A stretch of DNA of 64,000 nucleotides from Chlorokybus atmophyticus. Taxonomy: Eukaryota; Plantae; Mesostigma and Chlorokybus algae. The DNA is taken from NCBI GenBank assembly GCA_009103225.1, contig RHPI01003788.1:1-64000 (forward strand), given 5' to 3'. This document shows positions 12,694 to 25,500 of this stretch, piece by piece (within the stretch, counting starts at the first letter, position 1; each line of letters begins with the position of its first letter). The translations under genes and the position numbers were made by a program. Below the pieces are notes generated by a model, which was not told the DNA's origin, ran no database searches, and was given only the letters and a program-made list of their open reading frames with translations.

Positions 12694-15048
12694 TTATCTG
12701 TTTGAAAACAACACTGAGATTTTAGTAAGAAAAGGCAAAAGCACACGGCAAGGTTGAAGCACTGATGCCGAGAGATATGCTCAAGAGCTACAGATAGCAG
12801 GAGGGGTAAAGGCTCGAAGAAAGCTAAGGGTGTGCCAGACTATAGCAGGAGGAGAGCTACCGGGGGGCACTAAGCAGATAGCACCACCCATACCCCAACT
12901 GTCACAGAAATCCGCTACCGCTGCTGCCCGCACGCCTTCCCAAATTGGCTGTGAGCGTGCCTGCATCCACTCCTCCTTTGCACGTCCGTGTATGGAGGAA
13001 GAAAGTTTGCGTAGGAGAACCACTAGGAGGGGGGGTCCCCCGCCATACCTGATAGAGCGACGGAAGCACATGGTTAATTCCACATGGTAACGGGTCGGCC
13101 TGAAAGCCATATCCTCCCCAACGAGGGGGTGTGTGCGGCCCTACCACTCCTAAGAGAACAGCCGAGGAGGAGAGGCTCAGGGAGCCCCACCCATCATCTG
13201 AAACATGCGGGTGAGGCTTCCCCAAACTTGTTGCGCATAAGCAATCGAGGAAAGGAAACGTGCAGAGGATTCTCGATATCCTCCTCCTTGCAGCTCAAGC
13301 AGGAGGGGTCCACTGTGCAATCTATATGGCAAAGCTTGTGTCCCGTGTACAAGGCGCCGTGCGCCAGGAGCCATAGCAAAGTGCAGTGCTTGCCTGGGGC
13401 CTACAGCTTATGAAGAGCGTGCCAGACCCCAGGCCAGTACAAACCCGGATCAATCCACTCCCACCTGGCAGGAAGGGGGATATGAGAGAGGTGTACCCCA
13501 AAGCGGGGGAGTACTCCCACAGGGAGAGCTGTGGGATGCAGCGTAGAGTGGGGGAGATGATCGTGCTCCACCGCCTAACCCTCCAAGTGGGGGCGAAGAG
13601 AGAAGGGACTGGGCGGTAGGCCAGCCCGCCAACGCGGGGTCAAGATGGAGGTCTTAAAGGCGAGACCTGCCCGCCACCACCCAGCCATCAAAGCGGGAGG
13701 CGAGGGGCAGCTCCAACCATGCCGGAGAGAGAAGAGGCGGTCCAGAGCAATACCGTGCAGCAGGTGGGTGCACCCGCACCTTGGCCACAGTGCCGCCCGT
13801 CTCATGCACCGCTACTGAGGCACAGCCGCAGCTGTCGGGGTGCGGAGCCGTCGCCAGCCCCGCCTGCCAAGGGAGTCCTCGTAGAGAAGCAGAACATGGG
13901 GTAGGGAGAGACAGACCCACCGCTGGTCCCTGCAGCTTGGAGTGCTCTTGGCCGTTAAAGGAGTAAGACCAGCGAGGTGGCCTCTCACCACCCTCTCCAC
14001 ATAGAGCACTAAAGGAAGAACCCCATCCGGGGAGTAAACAGCCCACCACTCCTCCCCTCGCGGGGGGGAAGGCCCAGCGGAAAGCATAGCCCTCCACTCG
14101 ATCGGAATGCACTGCCACAAAAAAGAGAGAACAGACTGGGGGTCCTCCACCCAGTGATTAAGCTCATGTGCCGTGTACTCCCGAAGGAGCTCCGTGTCCC
14201 ACAAGTCCACAACCCTGTGAAACTCCTGGGCTGCCCATCGACGGAGCTGCGAGCGCATCTGGCCAGCACCCGGCACCTTCCCTAAGCCGTCCCGAATGAG
14301 CGAGTTGTAGAATAAGGGCTAGGAGAGAACCTCTTCCTAACAACGCGGAGAAGCTCTAAAGGAGGGGTGCACCCGCAACCACGCCGCGAACACTGCTCGC
14401 CAATGCGGGGCCACCATCTTGTAAATGCGCATGCCCTACCAGGATTAGGGTTAGGGTTAGGGTGCCAGGGTGCCAGCAGCGTCGCTGCTGGGGGGACCTA
14501 AAGGATGGAAGGGTCGGCTGAGTTCTGGGCCTAGGACTCCAAGTGGCGGAATTTCAGAATTTTTTAAGGCGCCCAGGTGTGACCCACAAGGCGCACTGCC
14601 CACTTAGCCAGTAACGCAGCAGTTTGAAGCTCGAGGTCCTTAATGCCTAAGCCGCCTCCTGCCTTAGGAAGGCAAGCCACCTGCCAGCTCACCCTGCCTC
14701 TCAACGGGCCCTGCTCTACTGGTGCGTCCTCGTCCAACCGAGCAACCCCAAAGGTTGAAGCCCACAGGAACGCCCGGCAGGCTCTTTGCAGCAAGCGAAT
14801 GTCGGACTTGCTGGGGTTGACCACCGCCGCCAAATATTAGAGGCAGGAGAGGATGCCCTGGTTGATCACCAGAGCTCTGCCAAGTAGAGAGAGATGCTGC
14901 CGCGACCAGAGGTTCAGCTGGGATTGAATCTTCCGAAGAACCTCCGCGTACAGCTGCTGCCCCCTCAAGGAAACTCCCATCGGCACCCCTTAAAGGACAG
15001 CCCCCTCCCCTCGTGGAAGCCAGGGAACCCCCGAGGAAGGTGGAGGCT
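12694..15048 (-). mobile_element. 5'-truncated non-LTR retrotransposon (L1/Tx1-like; RT C-terminus plus zf-RVT), decayed
   Basis: LSLLGRALVINQGILS, RAFLW...VSWQVACLPKAGGGLGIKDL, APHWRAVFAAW, LWLLAHGALYTG..CLSCKEEDIENPLH. Flanked by a 16-bp TSD TTGCG(T/C)GGGCACCTCC at 12678-12693 and 15049-15064. Confidence 0.85.
14445..14462 (+). repeat. Interstitial telomeric repeat (TTAGGG)3 inside the LINE
   Basis: Three units preceded by ACCAGGA. CCAGG occurs on both sides (14439-14443, 14465-14469). Confidence 0.9.
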
Positions 15049-15409
15049 TTGCGCGGGCACCTCCGTAAGCTTCAGCCAGGAAGACACTCGAAAGACCCAC
15101 TCATCTACTGCATCTCCATCTCGTGGACCCTTAAATGGCTTTAGCTTTGGCACCTTCACATGCACGCGCGAGCTCGACACCATGGGAACTTGTGCGTGCG
15201 CCATTGCACGCTCGTACGCCTCGCGTTGTGCTTGTGCAGCCGCTCACATGTGATGAAGGTCTTCTCGCAGTGCTGGGATTGCACCTTGAAGCTCCTCAAC
15301 ACGGACATCCTCCATCTCCTCCAACACAGTACACTCTGCTTTCAAACAAAAAGTGTAAACGCCCACACACTTCCTCTCTCACCTTTTAGAAACCCGCTCC
15401 AATACCAAT

Positions 15410-16071
15410 TGCGACGGTGCTCGTACCTTGTCACCTGTGAGTTGGTCCAATCAACAACCCTCTCACCAAGACACGGTATTCACACCGAAACCTTGCCCCC
15501 TCTGCCAAGCACACACGCGCGCCCGCCACTCGCGTACGCACGCGCATGCGCTCGAAGTTACACACCGACTTGTGTAGCGCCTTGGATCGCCACACAAGCA
15601 AGCACACATCTGTGGACGCACGCTAGCAAACCGCTGCTAACCACCACCAAGCTTGCACACAAGAAACTAGGGAGCTAAGGGTTGTTTTGCACATAGTGAA
15701 ATGTCTCTTTTATACCTACCGATCTACACATGCTATCTAGACAAATTCAGCGCTGGACGGAATTAAAAGCTCAGATATTCTTGCAGAACTTGTAGTACAC
15801 TTTTAGACCTTTCCTACGCATTAAAGATCTCCTCATTTGCTGCAAGAATGACTAAGTTATACTATTCGGCGCCAGGCCCTTCCAAGAATCTGGTCGAGCC
15901 CTTCTCGATTGGCCCTCCGTTTACTGGCACCTTTCGGACTGGTCTTGAGCCCGGTCGATATCTGCGGCAGACTCAACTCGCCGATATCCGCCACAAGTCA
16001 TCAAAATGTGGTGCTCGATAAATGGGCCCAAAAAGGTCTTAAGATGATGAAACTTGGCCTGGACTGTTACA
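15410..16071 (-). repeat. LTR (662 bp), same family as the solo LTR at 45057-45728
   Basis: Starts TGTAACAGTC on the minus strand, ends ...GCACCGTCGCA next to the PBS, and aligns by eye along its length with 45057-45728. Confidence 0.9.
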
Positions 16072-17226
16072 TTAGTGTTGTAGGTTGTAGATGTTCACAA
16101 ATTGGCACTCGCCAGCTGATTGGCTGCCGAGTCTATCTACAACGGCTCTCCCCTGCCACGTCAGAGGACGCACAGGGGAGAGCACGCTGTGCGCACCTGC
16201 TGTGCGCTGTTACGTCACCATGCCCTGCACCGCCAGGCATGGCGCCACCGATGCCAGCTGCACTAACCTTATGAGTAGTGCTCTCTGAGAGGCCAGGCAT
16301 GGCGCCGCCGATGCCAGCTGCACCAACCTTATGAGCGGTGCTCTCGCAGAGGCAGAGCAGCTGGCAGCCTTGCCACGCATGGCAAGGCCTTCGCTGCTGC
16401 GGCAGTCGCCGCCGCAGTTGTTGTTCTCGTAGGCGCCGGAGGCGCCATTGTGCTTGCTCAAGTGCGCGTGTTGCTGCTGCGCAGTGTTATGCAGCACCGC
16501 GCTGCCTGCCGTGCTCAACTGTTGGTCGCAGCTAGAGCCGCCCCCCCCCTGGGACGGAGCGTTTTTTGCTGCCTCCGGAGGACGGGGTCGAGCACCAGCT
16601 GGTGGGCGGCAGCGTCCGCTCCATCCAGCTGAGTGCTTGGCACCAGCAAGTGGCCCTGGGCATTGTTGTCGACGAGCTGTTGGCAAACAACATTGCCAAG
16701 CAAGGCGACGTCCACTACGCCGACGACCGCCCCATGCACGATAGGGTGGTCCTCGGCATCGGCCCCCTGTATGGCAGCCAGGAGCTGCGCCTGGTGTTCG
16801 AGGTCGGCATCAGCGACGTCAGTCTCCCTCAGCCGCGTCGTTGCTTGCTGCGGTAAATCTGAGCTCAGGCTGCGGCACACTTGTTGTGCAGCTGCCTGCG
16901 CCGATGTCCCTGCTGCGTGTCGTGGCCTTGCAGCCAAAATGTCAACTCATGCTAGCTGCAGCTGCTTTCTATGCGCCGGCTGCGCCCCATCATTGTTGCC
17001 GCAGCTGCTTGCTACGCAGCTGCCGCCAACCTCTCATAATTGCGCTCAGCTGCTTGCTGGGCAGTCGCCGCTCCCCATCATTGCTGCTGTGGCTGCTTGC
17101 CGCTGCTCACACAGCTGCCGCAGCTGCCTTCTCATTGCTGCTGCCGCCCCTTCCTTTGTTGTCTTGCTGCAGCTGTTCCCCCCCTTCCCATGTTTTGGGC
17201 TGCGTGACTAAGCTATGTGTACCGTT

Positions 17227-19142
17227 CCAGCGTTACATGGCAGATGGCCCGGCATCTCCCCTGTTCAGCCCAGGCCCGCCACCAGCGCCGCTCGCCCAGC
17301 CCGCGCCGGCGCCGAGGCAGCGAGCGGCGCCTGCGCCGCGCACAGNNNNNNNNNNNNNNNNNNNNNNNNNNNNNNNNNNNNNNNNNNNNNNNNNNNNNNN
17401 NNNNNNNNNNNNNNNNNNNNNNNNNNNNNNNNNNNNNNNNNNNNNNNNNNNNNNNNNNNNNNNNNNNNNNNNNNNNNNNNNNNNNNNNNNNNNNNNNNNN
17501 NNNNNNNNNNNNNNNNNNNNNNNNNNNNNNNNNNNNNNNNNNNNNNNNNNNNNNNNNNNNNNNNNNNNNNNNNNNNNNNNNNNNNNNNNNNNNNNNNNNN
17601 NNNNNNNNNNNNNNNNNNNNNNNNNNNNNNNNNNNNNNNNNNNNNNNNNNNNNNNNNNNNNNNNNNNNCCGCCCGGCCAGGTCCCGCCGCCGCAGCTCGC
17701 CGACGCCGGCGTGGAGGCCGGCCTGGGAGCGGGCGCGCAGCAGGAGCTGCAGCCGGAGCAGAAGCAAGAGCCCGGCCAGGAGGCGCGCCGGTGAGGAGCC
17801 GGCCCAATCATCCCACCGCTCTCCCCCACCACTGGATGTCATGTTGCGCGCGCCTCGCCCAGCCCCTCCGACGGCGCCGCCTCCTCCGCCTCCCCCCCAA
17901 GACGCAGCAGCGCCTCCGGCTCTCATGGCTCCCGCATGGCCACCCTGTGTGCCGCCAGAAGCGCAGCTCGCCGTCGTTGCAAGCGGGAGTTTGCCTCTGC
18001 AGCTGGGGCGTTGCAGGCCCTCTCTGATGCCATGGACAGCTACCTTGCCCTCTATTCCAGTGAAGACGACGCAGACTCCGAATTGCGGTGACGCTACTCA
18101 ATCCCCCGACCTGCGCGCTCTCATCCACAAAGTTGTTTACGTGCCAGGACTGAGCGGAGAGTGCTTAATGGCACGCATCAATATTGTGGAGGATCCAGCC
18201 CGAGGAACCCTCAATGTAACAATCCTGCCCTCGCAACACAGAGCGCAGGTGTCTGCAGCGTGTGTGCTCCCCATAGATGTACCTGCGCACACGCCACCAC
18301 CACCTCCCCCACCAGAAGAAGAAGATGTCTTTGCCAACACCAACGGCATGATCCTTGCACCAGATGGTATGCACGTCATACAGTTCACGCGCACTTTCCA
18401 CTATGTGCGCGTGCGCCAGAATATCGTCAACCGTATCACCAACGACACCTCCATATGGGCCTTCTCAGCATGTGGCGCCGTTCGGAGCTTGTGTGACAGA
18501 CTCAAGGTACCCTCTAATGGCAGCTTACATACATATGCTGCTGGAGGCTAGCCTATTTTGAGAATTCGGAGAAGATAATGCCGCCACCTTCAGTGAAGAC
18601 TGTGCCCACTTGCTGGAGGCGGCCAAAAACCAAGCTGTCCGCAGCTTACACCGAGGCTCGCCTGATAGACGAGGTCTTGGACTGTACAGTGAAGTGAGAC
18701 GTACGGCAGCTCAGCATCAGAGCCAATTCCAACACGTGGCCAGGTACTCGTGTTGCTTAAGGGCGGCTCTGAGCATAGTGGCCAGCTCACCGTGCCCTTG
18801 TGTGTTGTGCTTAAGGGCGGCTCTGTGCATAGTGGCCAGGTTGCCGTGCCCTCGTGTGTGTGCTGCACATGTTCGCACTCTCACGTGCTGTGCGTGCTGG
18901 CCAGCAGCCGCCACCTTGTTTGCTTCATGCTTATGTTGGCCTCGCTGGCTTGCCACCCGCTCAGGATTGTTGGTGGCAAAGAAGCTGGGCAGCACGATCG
19001 CAAGCGCGACGCCAATGCCCCCAAGCAGTCAGACAAAGACCGACGCCATGATCACCACCAGCCCAACGTAATTGGTGGTCGGCTGCACGAGAAACGCCCA
19101 TGGCAAAACAACCCTGCAAAGCCTCAAGACAACAACGTGTGA
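17227..19142 (+). pseudogene. ORF1 (gag-like, Pro/Ala-rich) of the YR retrotransposon, gapped and frameshifted
   Basis: MADGPASPLFSPGPPP... spans an N gap, with a long open frame to 18551 and further fragments to 19142. Its position upstream of RT fits ORF1. Confidence 0.45.
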
Positions 19143-19899
19143 GTAGTTGAGCAGTGTCTGCAGTTGCAGCTAGTTAGTGCCAGCTTAGGCAGCTGTGCAT
19201 GTGCGTGCATGAACCTGGTTTTCCCCTCATTTATACATGAATGTTTCGCCCTATCTTCTCTGCCTCAGCGCAATTCTGCTCTGTGCATTGCACCCTGTTT
19301 GCGCTGCTATATTGACTGCGTGGTAGCGCCTGCGCCTGCATACACAGCTGCATGCGCTGGCCTGCATGCTACTGCCTCTCGCCTGAAGCCTCGCGCCGCA
19401 GGTATCGCTGGCCTGCACCCACAGCTCAGGTCCTCTCCCCGCCTTGGCGCCTGAGCGCAAGCCGCACCATAGCCGCATCACCATCCTTGCCAGCGCAGCG
19501 TCGCTCGCCTGACAAGTTGCGCAGCTGCAGCTGGCATGATGCACGTGCGCAGCAGCAGCAGCTGTTGTGGCCACTGCCAGCTTCAGCGCCATCTGCATTG
19601 GCGCTGCCTGCTGCCTCGCAGCCTGCGCAAGCTTGCCAGCCTGCCGTGCAGCCTATCGACACTGCTGACGGCCTCACCGGTAGCTGGTGCGACGAGGACA
19701 CGCCTTTCAAAGCTGCCCGCCCAGAGCATGAGGAGGAGCAGGTACTGCAGCTGCTCGCAGAGCAGCCATTGCTGCGCAACGAGCGCCAGATGACTGGCCC
19801 ACTCCGCGCCTTTTGCAACCGTGGGCTGTGCAGCGCCAGCGCCGAGTACTTGAGCAAGTCATGCCGACCAAGACAGCCTGGCAGCTGCGCCTGTCGAGC

Positions 19900-21860
19900 C
19901 GGACTGTTCGGCGGTGGCGTTGCTGGCGCTGCTGCAAAGCATCATGCACGATGCCACTGCCTTTACAGCAGCACTGCCGGCCCTGCATGCTGATGCATGG
20001 GAGTGCTGGGTCAAGCATACTGACCACCCCGCAGCTCACAAAGGTCTGACTTGGCTGCACCAGGGCCTGCCGCTGCAGTTCATTGGCACAAGCTGCAAAA
20101 AACTGAAGCAAGTATATGCCATGCTGCGCGCAGAAGGCTGGAGCAACCAGCAGCGCCAGGCTGCATTGTACAATGCACTCCCAGCCCGGTGCTGCTCACC
20201 AACCGGACGTCCGTTGCTGAGCATGCCTCCTTCGTGCAAGATGAATTCCGCAACCTGGTCCTCACGGCAGCTATGACGCCAGTACTCAGGCATGCAGCCA
20301 GTCAATGTGGTGTCGGGTGTCGGGCATGGGAGTTGTGAATTAACCTAAGCTCAGGTTGGTCATTGACTTGCGATATGTCAACATCTTCCTAGCACGCACT
20401 CCATTCCATTACGAGAAGTTGTCGGACATCCTACACTACACACACAAAGGGTGGTAGCAAGCAAGCTCTGATATGAAATTGGGCTATCATGTGCCTATCC
20501 GGCCACTGCAAGTACCTGTGTGTGTCATACCAAAGTCAGGTGTTCCAGTGGAATGTGCTACCTTTTGGCCTGAGCATCGCATGCTATGCATTCACGCTCA
20601 CGCAGCAAGTCATACACGGGCCATTGCGGATGCGAGGCCTCGGCACCCTGTCCTACATTGATGACATGCACCTAACCCACCAGCACATGCAGCACTTGCG
20701 TTGGAGGGTGAAGCTAGTAATGCGTCTGTTCGCAACGCTGGGCTGAATCTTTGGGTTGCTAAAATGCAACTCCGAACCAACCCAGCAACTTAAATTGCTG
20801 GCCTGCTAGTGGACTCACATTCAGGTGCTTTTGCAATTCCTTTGCAAAAGTTGCAGCAGCTGGAGGAACGACATTCGCGCCCTCCAGCGGCAGCCTCGCA
20901 TCACAGCCAGACAGTTGGTGCGCGTGGCAGGCAAGCTAGTGTCTCTGAAACTAGCTATGCCCCCTGTGCTGCTGTTTGCTAGAACTGCTTGAGACGCTCA
21001 TGAAGGCGCTCACGTGGGATTTCCTCTTCGCCAGCCGACACCACGCAATTCCTCGTCTGGTTGCTGGCGCGGCTGCGTGCATACGCAGATCATGGCTGTA
21101 TGTGGTGGCAACCTCCCTCATCGGTGCTGCTGCAAGCTGACGCCTCGGGCACTCATGGGTGGCGGTTGCCCCCTGGGGACATGTGCAGGGAAACTTTGCA
21201 GCATATGAGCTGCAGCTGGCGCCTCCTGTCAAAAAAGCGCTGGCTTACATCGTGTGCTGTGCGAGCTGGCACGCACCCGGCCAACCCTGCGTCACGTAGC
21301 TATCACCTTGCAGGGTGACTGCCAGCCAGCACTAAGCAACCTGCACAGGCTGACTGCACAAAATCCGTACCTGCGCGCGGAGCTGTTCTAGCTTTGGGAC
21401 GTGCTATGGCGCCAGGACTGACAGCTGCACTACTGCTGGCAGCCGCTGGCTTATCTGCAGGTAGCCGACCTGCTCTCGTGAGCGCCAGACACTGGTGACT
21501 GGAGCTTGGCGCCAGCTCCAACACGCCTGCTGTGCAATGGATGGGGTCAGCCCGTGCTGGACTGCTTCGCCTCCGACGGCAACACCAAGGCACAGGTGTT
21601 TTTTGCTGCGGCCACCTATGCAGGCGCAGCAGGGCATGCACTCACCGCGAATTGAAACGTCGCCGCAGCTGGCTTGGCTTGGGTGTTCCCGCCCCTTGGT
21701 CTGGTCGCCCTGGCTGTACGGTTGGTGGCGCACCACACGCGTGACTGCATCCTGCTAGTGCCGGAGTGGGTTCACAAACATTGGTGGACCCAACTCATGC
21801 AGCTGCCAGCGCAGGACACGGTGTTCTTCCTCGCCCCCCCAGCACTATACTGCTTGTGAT
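19900..21860 (+). pseudogene. DIRS-type reverse transcriptase, RNase H and Dam-like methyltransferase domain (decayed)
   Basis: WLHQGLPLQF; LVIDLRYVNIFL..FHYEKL; DMKLGYHVPI; VLPFGLS; SYIDD (~20660); LQADASG (RNase H, ~21135); DCFASDGN..AWVFPPLGLVALAVRLV..ILLVPEWVHKHWWTQL (21560-21800). Confidence 0.85.
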
Positions 21861-21929
21861 GGGGGGGCGAGGAAGTCAAGAGTGCCTAGCCATATTCGTA
21901 GCCCAGCACATTTCGCACATGTTGCGTTA

Positions 21930-22900
21930 CTAATTGAGTTCTGAGCGGCGTACCTGTGTGTAGTGCGCCACCATGTGTGTGGTGCGCCATGCTCCTTGCC
22001 TTTGCATTTCGCCTGCGGTCATGCCTGAGGCTTTGCCGAACTGGGCCCCTCCCCTACGGAAGCTGTGCAGGGCTACATCAGCTTGCACGCCACTATCTCG
22101 CAAGTGCTGTTTGAACAACTTGTTGGCAGCAGCATAGCTTAATGGTTGGTCCAACCACATGCGCCTATTCTGATGCAAGCCTCGAAAGATGTGCCCAGTT
22201 CTCAATGATAGCCCACACTCATCAGCTCGCGAGAGGAACTCTTGCAGTTCTTTGACAAACTTTAACCCCGCACCATCTCGCACAGGAATGCGTGGTGCTG
22301 CTTGGTCCTTCCAATTCGTCAACGTGACAGGTTGCACATACACCCCACTATCGCTGTGGTTGACGCTGTCTACGCGCACCTTGCAACCCTCCCCACCACG
22401 CTGCGATGTACTCCACAAGTACAAGTACAATAGCCTGTGTCGCATGATGAGCACTTGTAGCACGCCGCTCGGCAGCCCGCTGGCTGAAATGAGTGTGCAG
22501 CTGTTGCTATTGCTGCTCGGTTAAATGCTCCGCTCATCGAGGACGCAAGCCATCAACCACCAGCATGTGCTGGTAGCCTTTCAGGTACTCTTGTACCTCA
22601 AGAGACCTGCACAGGTTGCTTGCTGCTCGCATAGGATCCCAAGTGTTGCCACGACTTAAAGTGGCGTACCCGTTGGACGAGTGGTTTACCACGTTACGCA
22701 GCGAGCCGGCTGCAATGCAACACCCTCCCGCATTAGTGTTGCAGCGAGCACGAGTAACGTGTTTAGGCAACCTGTGCCCATGCAGGTAGGCCCTGATGAT
22801 ATGCGGGCCTACTGTGTACACGCTTTCACCATGCCCTTGCACGAAGCCAGCAAATTCACGCCATGCCACGCTGCTTGCATGCTGGTGCTCAACACCAGTA
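21930..22900 (-). CDS. Tyrosine recombinase of the YR retrotransposon (C-terminal 177 aa open; N-terminus disrupted)
   Basis: HIFRGL...LHSFRRGGAQ...QRQGAWRTTHMVAHY carries the HxxR, H/W and Y catalytic motifs. Upstream core-binding-like fragments contain stops. Confidence 0.88.
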
Positions 22901-25303
22901 GCGTGTGTGCTAACTAATTGTGCAGCTGTACAGCTGCCAGTAACTGCACTCGCCCATATTGAGAGCCTGCGTGCACTCGTTCTCCATGCCCGAGTGCTAC
23001 CACCCGCAGTGTGTGCCCGTAAGCTTCTACAGCTTGTGCTGTTGACAGCCTGCGTGTGGTGCAAACTTCGCAGTAAGTACACTGTGTAAACTTGCCTATG
23101 CTGTAGCGTAGCCTTAATGAGGACACTCATCCATGGCTGAGACTCACTGCCAATGTTCAATCTAGTCGAGCAAGCGACGAGATGAGCTACAGATGGTTGT
23201 GATAAACGTTTGCTATCATCGTGTTGCAAGCCCAAGTGTTCACACATTGGCACTCGCCAGCTGATTGGCGAGTCTATCTACAACGGCTCTCCCCTTCCAT
23301 GTCAGAGGACGCACAGGGAAGAGCACGATGTGCGTTGTCACGTCACCATGCCCTGCACCGCCAGGCATGGCGCAGCCGATGCCAGCTGCACCGGCCTTAT
23401 GAGTGGTGCCCAGAGGCAGAGCAGCTGGCAGCCTTGCCACGCATGGCAAGGCCTTCGCTGATGCGGCAGTTGCCGCCGCAGTTTTTGTTCTCGTTGGCGC
23501 CGGAGGCGCCATTGTGCTTGCTCAAGTGCGCGCCACAACCCACCCACCCTGCGCTGCCGCCGCCGCCGCTGCTAGCTACTGCTGCAGCAGGTGTCGGAGG
23601 GCCTGCGCAGCGCCGTCCATGTGTCAGCAAAGGCTCACGTGGCCTAGCGCGCACTCTTAGCCGTTCGATGTGCATTCCAAACTGCCTATGGCTGTTAGCA
23701 CAGCCTTGATGAGGACACTCATCCACGGCTGAGACTCACTGCCAAAATTTAATCTAGTCAAGCAAGAGACGAGATGAGCAACATATGGTTGTGATAAACA
23801 TTTGCTATCATCGTGCTACAAGCTCAGATGTACTAGTACTGCTAGCGTTGTCATTGGGCGCTGGAGCTCCACACTCGACGCCGCTTGTTTTGAGGTCTTG
23901 AGAACTTGTGCGACAAAGCATGCACATGCCGTTTCTATGCATGTGTGCATGCATGCATGATCTTGTGTGCATGCGGTTTTTATCAAGCCAAGGGGCGGCT
24001 GCACGCGTAAGCCCTCTTGAAGCTTTCTGTGTTTAAGGCAAGTCCATGCTAAGCAAAGGGGCAGCCTCGTGTGTAAGCCCTCATTTTCATGCTCAGTGCG
24101 AACTTTCCTCAAGCTCTCTTGCTTAACTTAGAGCTTAGAGCTGTTTGTTTTGGGATCAAAACTCATGCATGTTTCAAGGTGCAACATAAATTGCTGTCAT
24201 ATATGTTTTCATGCATACTTGTATGTGCATGCTGCGCAATCAATGCTGAGGGGGCGGTCTCAAGTCTTACACAATGTGCTCGAGGGAGTTCACAAAGTTT
24301 CCGTTTATAGTCAACCATGCCTGGCAATAGCACAATTTGACGCCGTGCATTCTGTCAGCACGGCTATCACACATAATCAACTACACGGTCGATTAGAAGG
24401 AAGGGAAAAAAGGGACACAATGTTCGGAGCACATCCTGGCTGAGCGTGAGGGTTGTAATCTTGTTTTATGGGTGTGGTTTATAACCGTTACATCAGTATG
24501 TGGTTTGAGTTGTGTTTTACTAATTGATGCCTTACATGTTGTGGCCGCCACAACAGGCTGTGCAGTTGTGCAAGGATTTGATTAAGCATTAAACGTAACT
24601 TTGGGGTGAAAGTAGCAAAATGAGGGTACATATGTATGTGTGCAAGAGTCGTCTCCTTCTGCTTAACGGCTCTGCCGCTGCTTCCCCTCTGAAGGGGGAG
24701 TACCTTTGCTGATTGTGTGCGTTTCTTCACTACTACTACTCCGCCCCTCCCTACCCCCCTCCCCGATACCGGTCTCATGCACGCCCCCGCGATTAGCCCA
24801 TGCGTTAGTTATAAGCTCACTAATCAGCTCCCTTGTCGCCCCCTTATCCCTCCTCCTCGGCCCCCCTCGCATTGGTAGCATTAGCAGTAGCAGTAGTTAT
24901 TGGTAGTGTTGTCGATGATGTTGCTATTATTGCACTGCTGCTGTGTGTGGTAGACTGATTGTATGAATGCATAGTAATAGTTTAACGAGTTGCGCGAAAC
25001 GCGCTTTGAGAGGGCACAAACATGTGTACATTGGCAAACTAGTTTGAGAGTCTTACTATGTATTAATTATGTATTAAGTGCATGTGTGACGACATTGCTA
25101 GTAGGTGAGTCTCATGCTAGTTAAGCGCGCCTGTTTTGGGTATGTGCGGTTGTGTGTTTAAGAGGAACAGCGAGGGAATTGATGGCATGCAACACATGCC
25201 ACCCATAGCACACGCAACACAGTACTGTCAATAGCGGTATATTGCTAGCCAGCGGCACACACCAACATGACATGCATGTCTATCACACATACGCACTTCC
25301 AAC

Positions 25304-25500
25304 CACACCGGTTGGCGTCAAAGGAGCAGGATTGGTCCGTACCCTCGGACCATCATTTTTCCTCTGGTAAGTGAATTTTGTGGACTATTTATGGTCCGAC
25401 TGTCATTGAGGGGAGCGCATGCTGTCCACCATGCATGGTCTAAACCTCACATGAACGGTACCAAGTTTTCCATGAATGGCACCATGTACAGTCTACACCC
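25304..25500 (+). mobile_element. Orphan left end of the CACAC-type DNA transposon family
   Basis: CACACCGGTTGGCGTCAAAGG...GGTCCGTACC...AAGTGAA... aligns with the reverse complement of 11540-11707. Confidence 0.7.

Larger units (their letters stand above)
11710..16071 (-). mobile_element. Truncated Ty3/gypsy LTR retrotransposon (5' LTR, PBS, gag), split by a LINE
   Basis: LTR 16071-15410, Met-tRNA-type PBS TGGTATTGGAGC (15407-15396), gag VPKLKPFKGPRDGDAVDEWVFRVSSWLKLTEVP continuing after the LINE as EVPTQLHVEVAATLLEG...EEEQLNRYTRGLK, and knuckle CCMCDSTEH (~12050). Confidence 0.8.
16092..23828 (+). mobile_element. PAT-like (DIRS-order) tyrosine-recombinase retrotransposon with split direct repeats A1...B1A2...B2
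   Basis: A1 16092-~16468 matches A2 23237-~23532. B1 ~23088-23236 matches B2 ~23679-23828. RT, RNase H and Dam-like relics on +, YR on -. AGATGT is present at both outer junctions. Confidence 0.88.
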
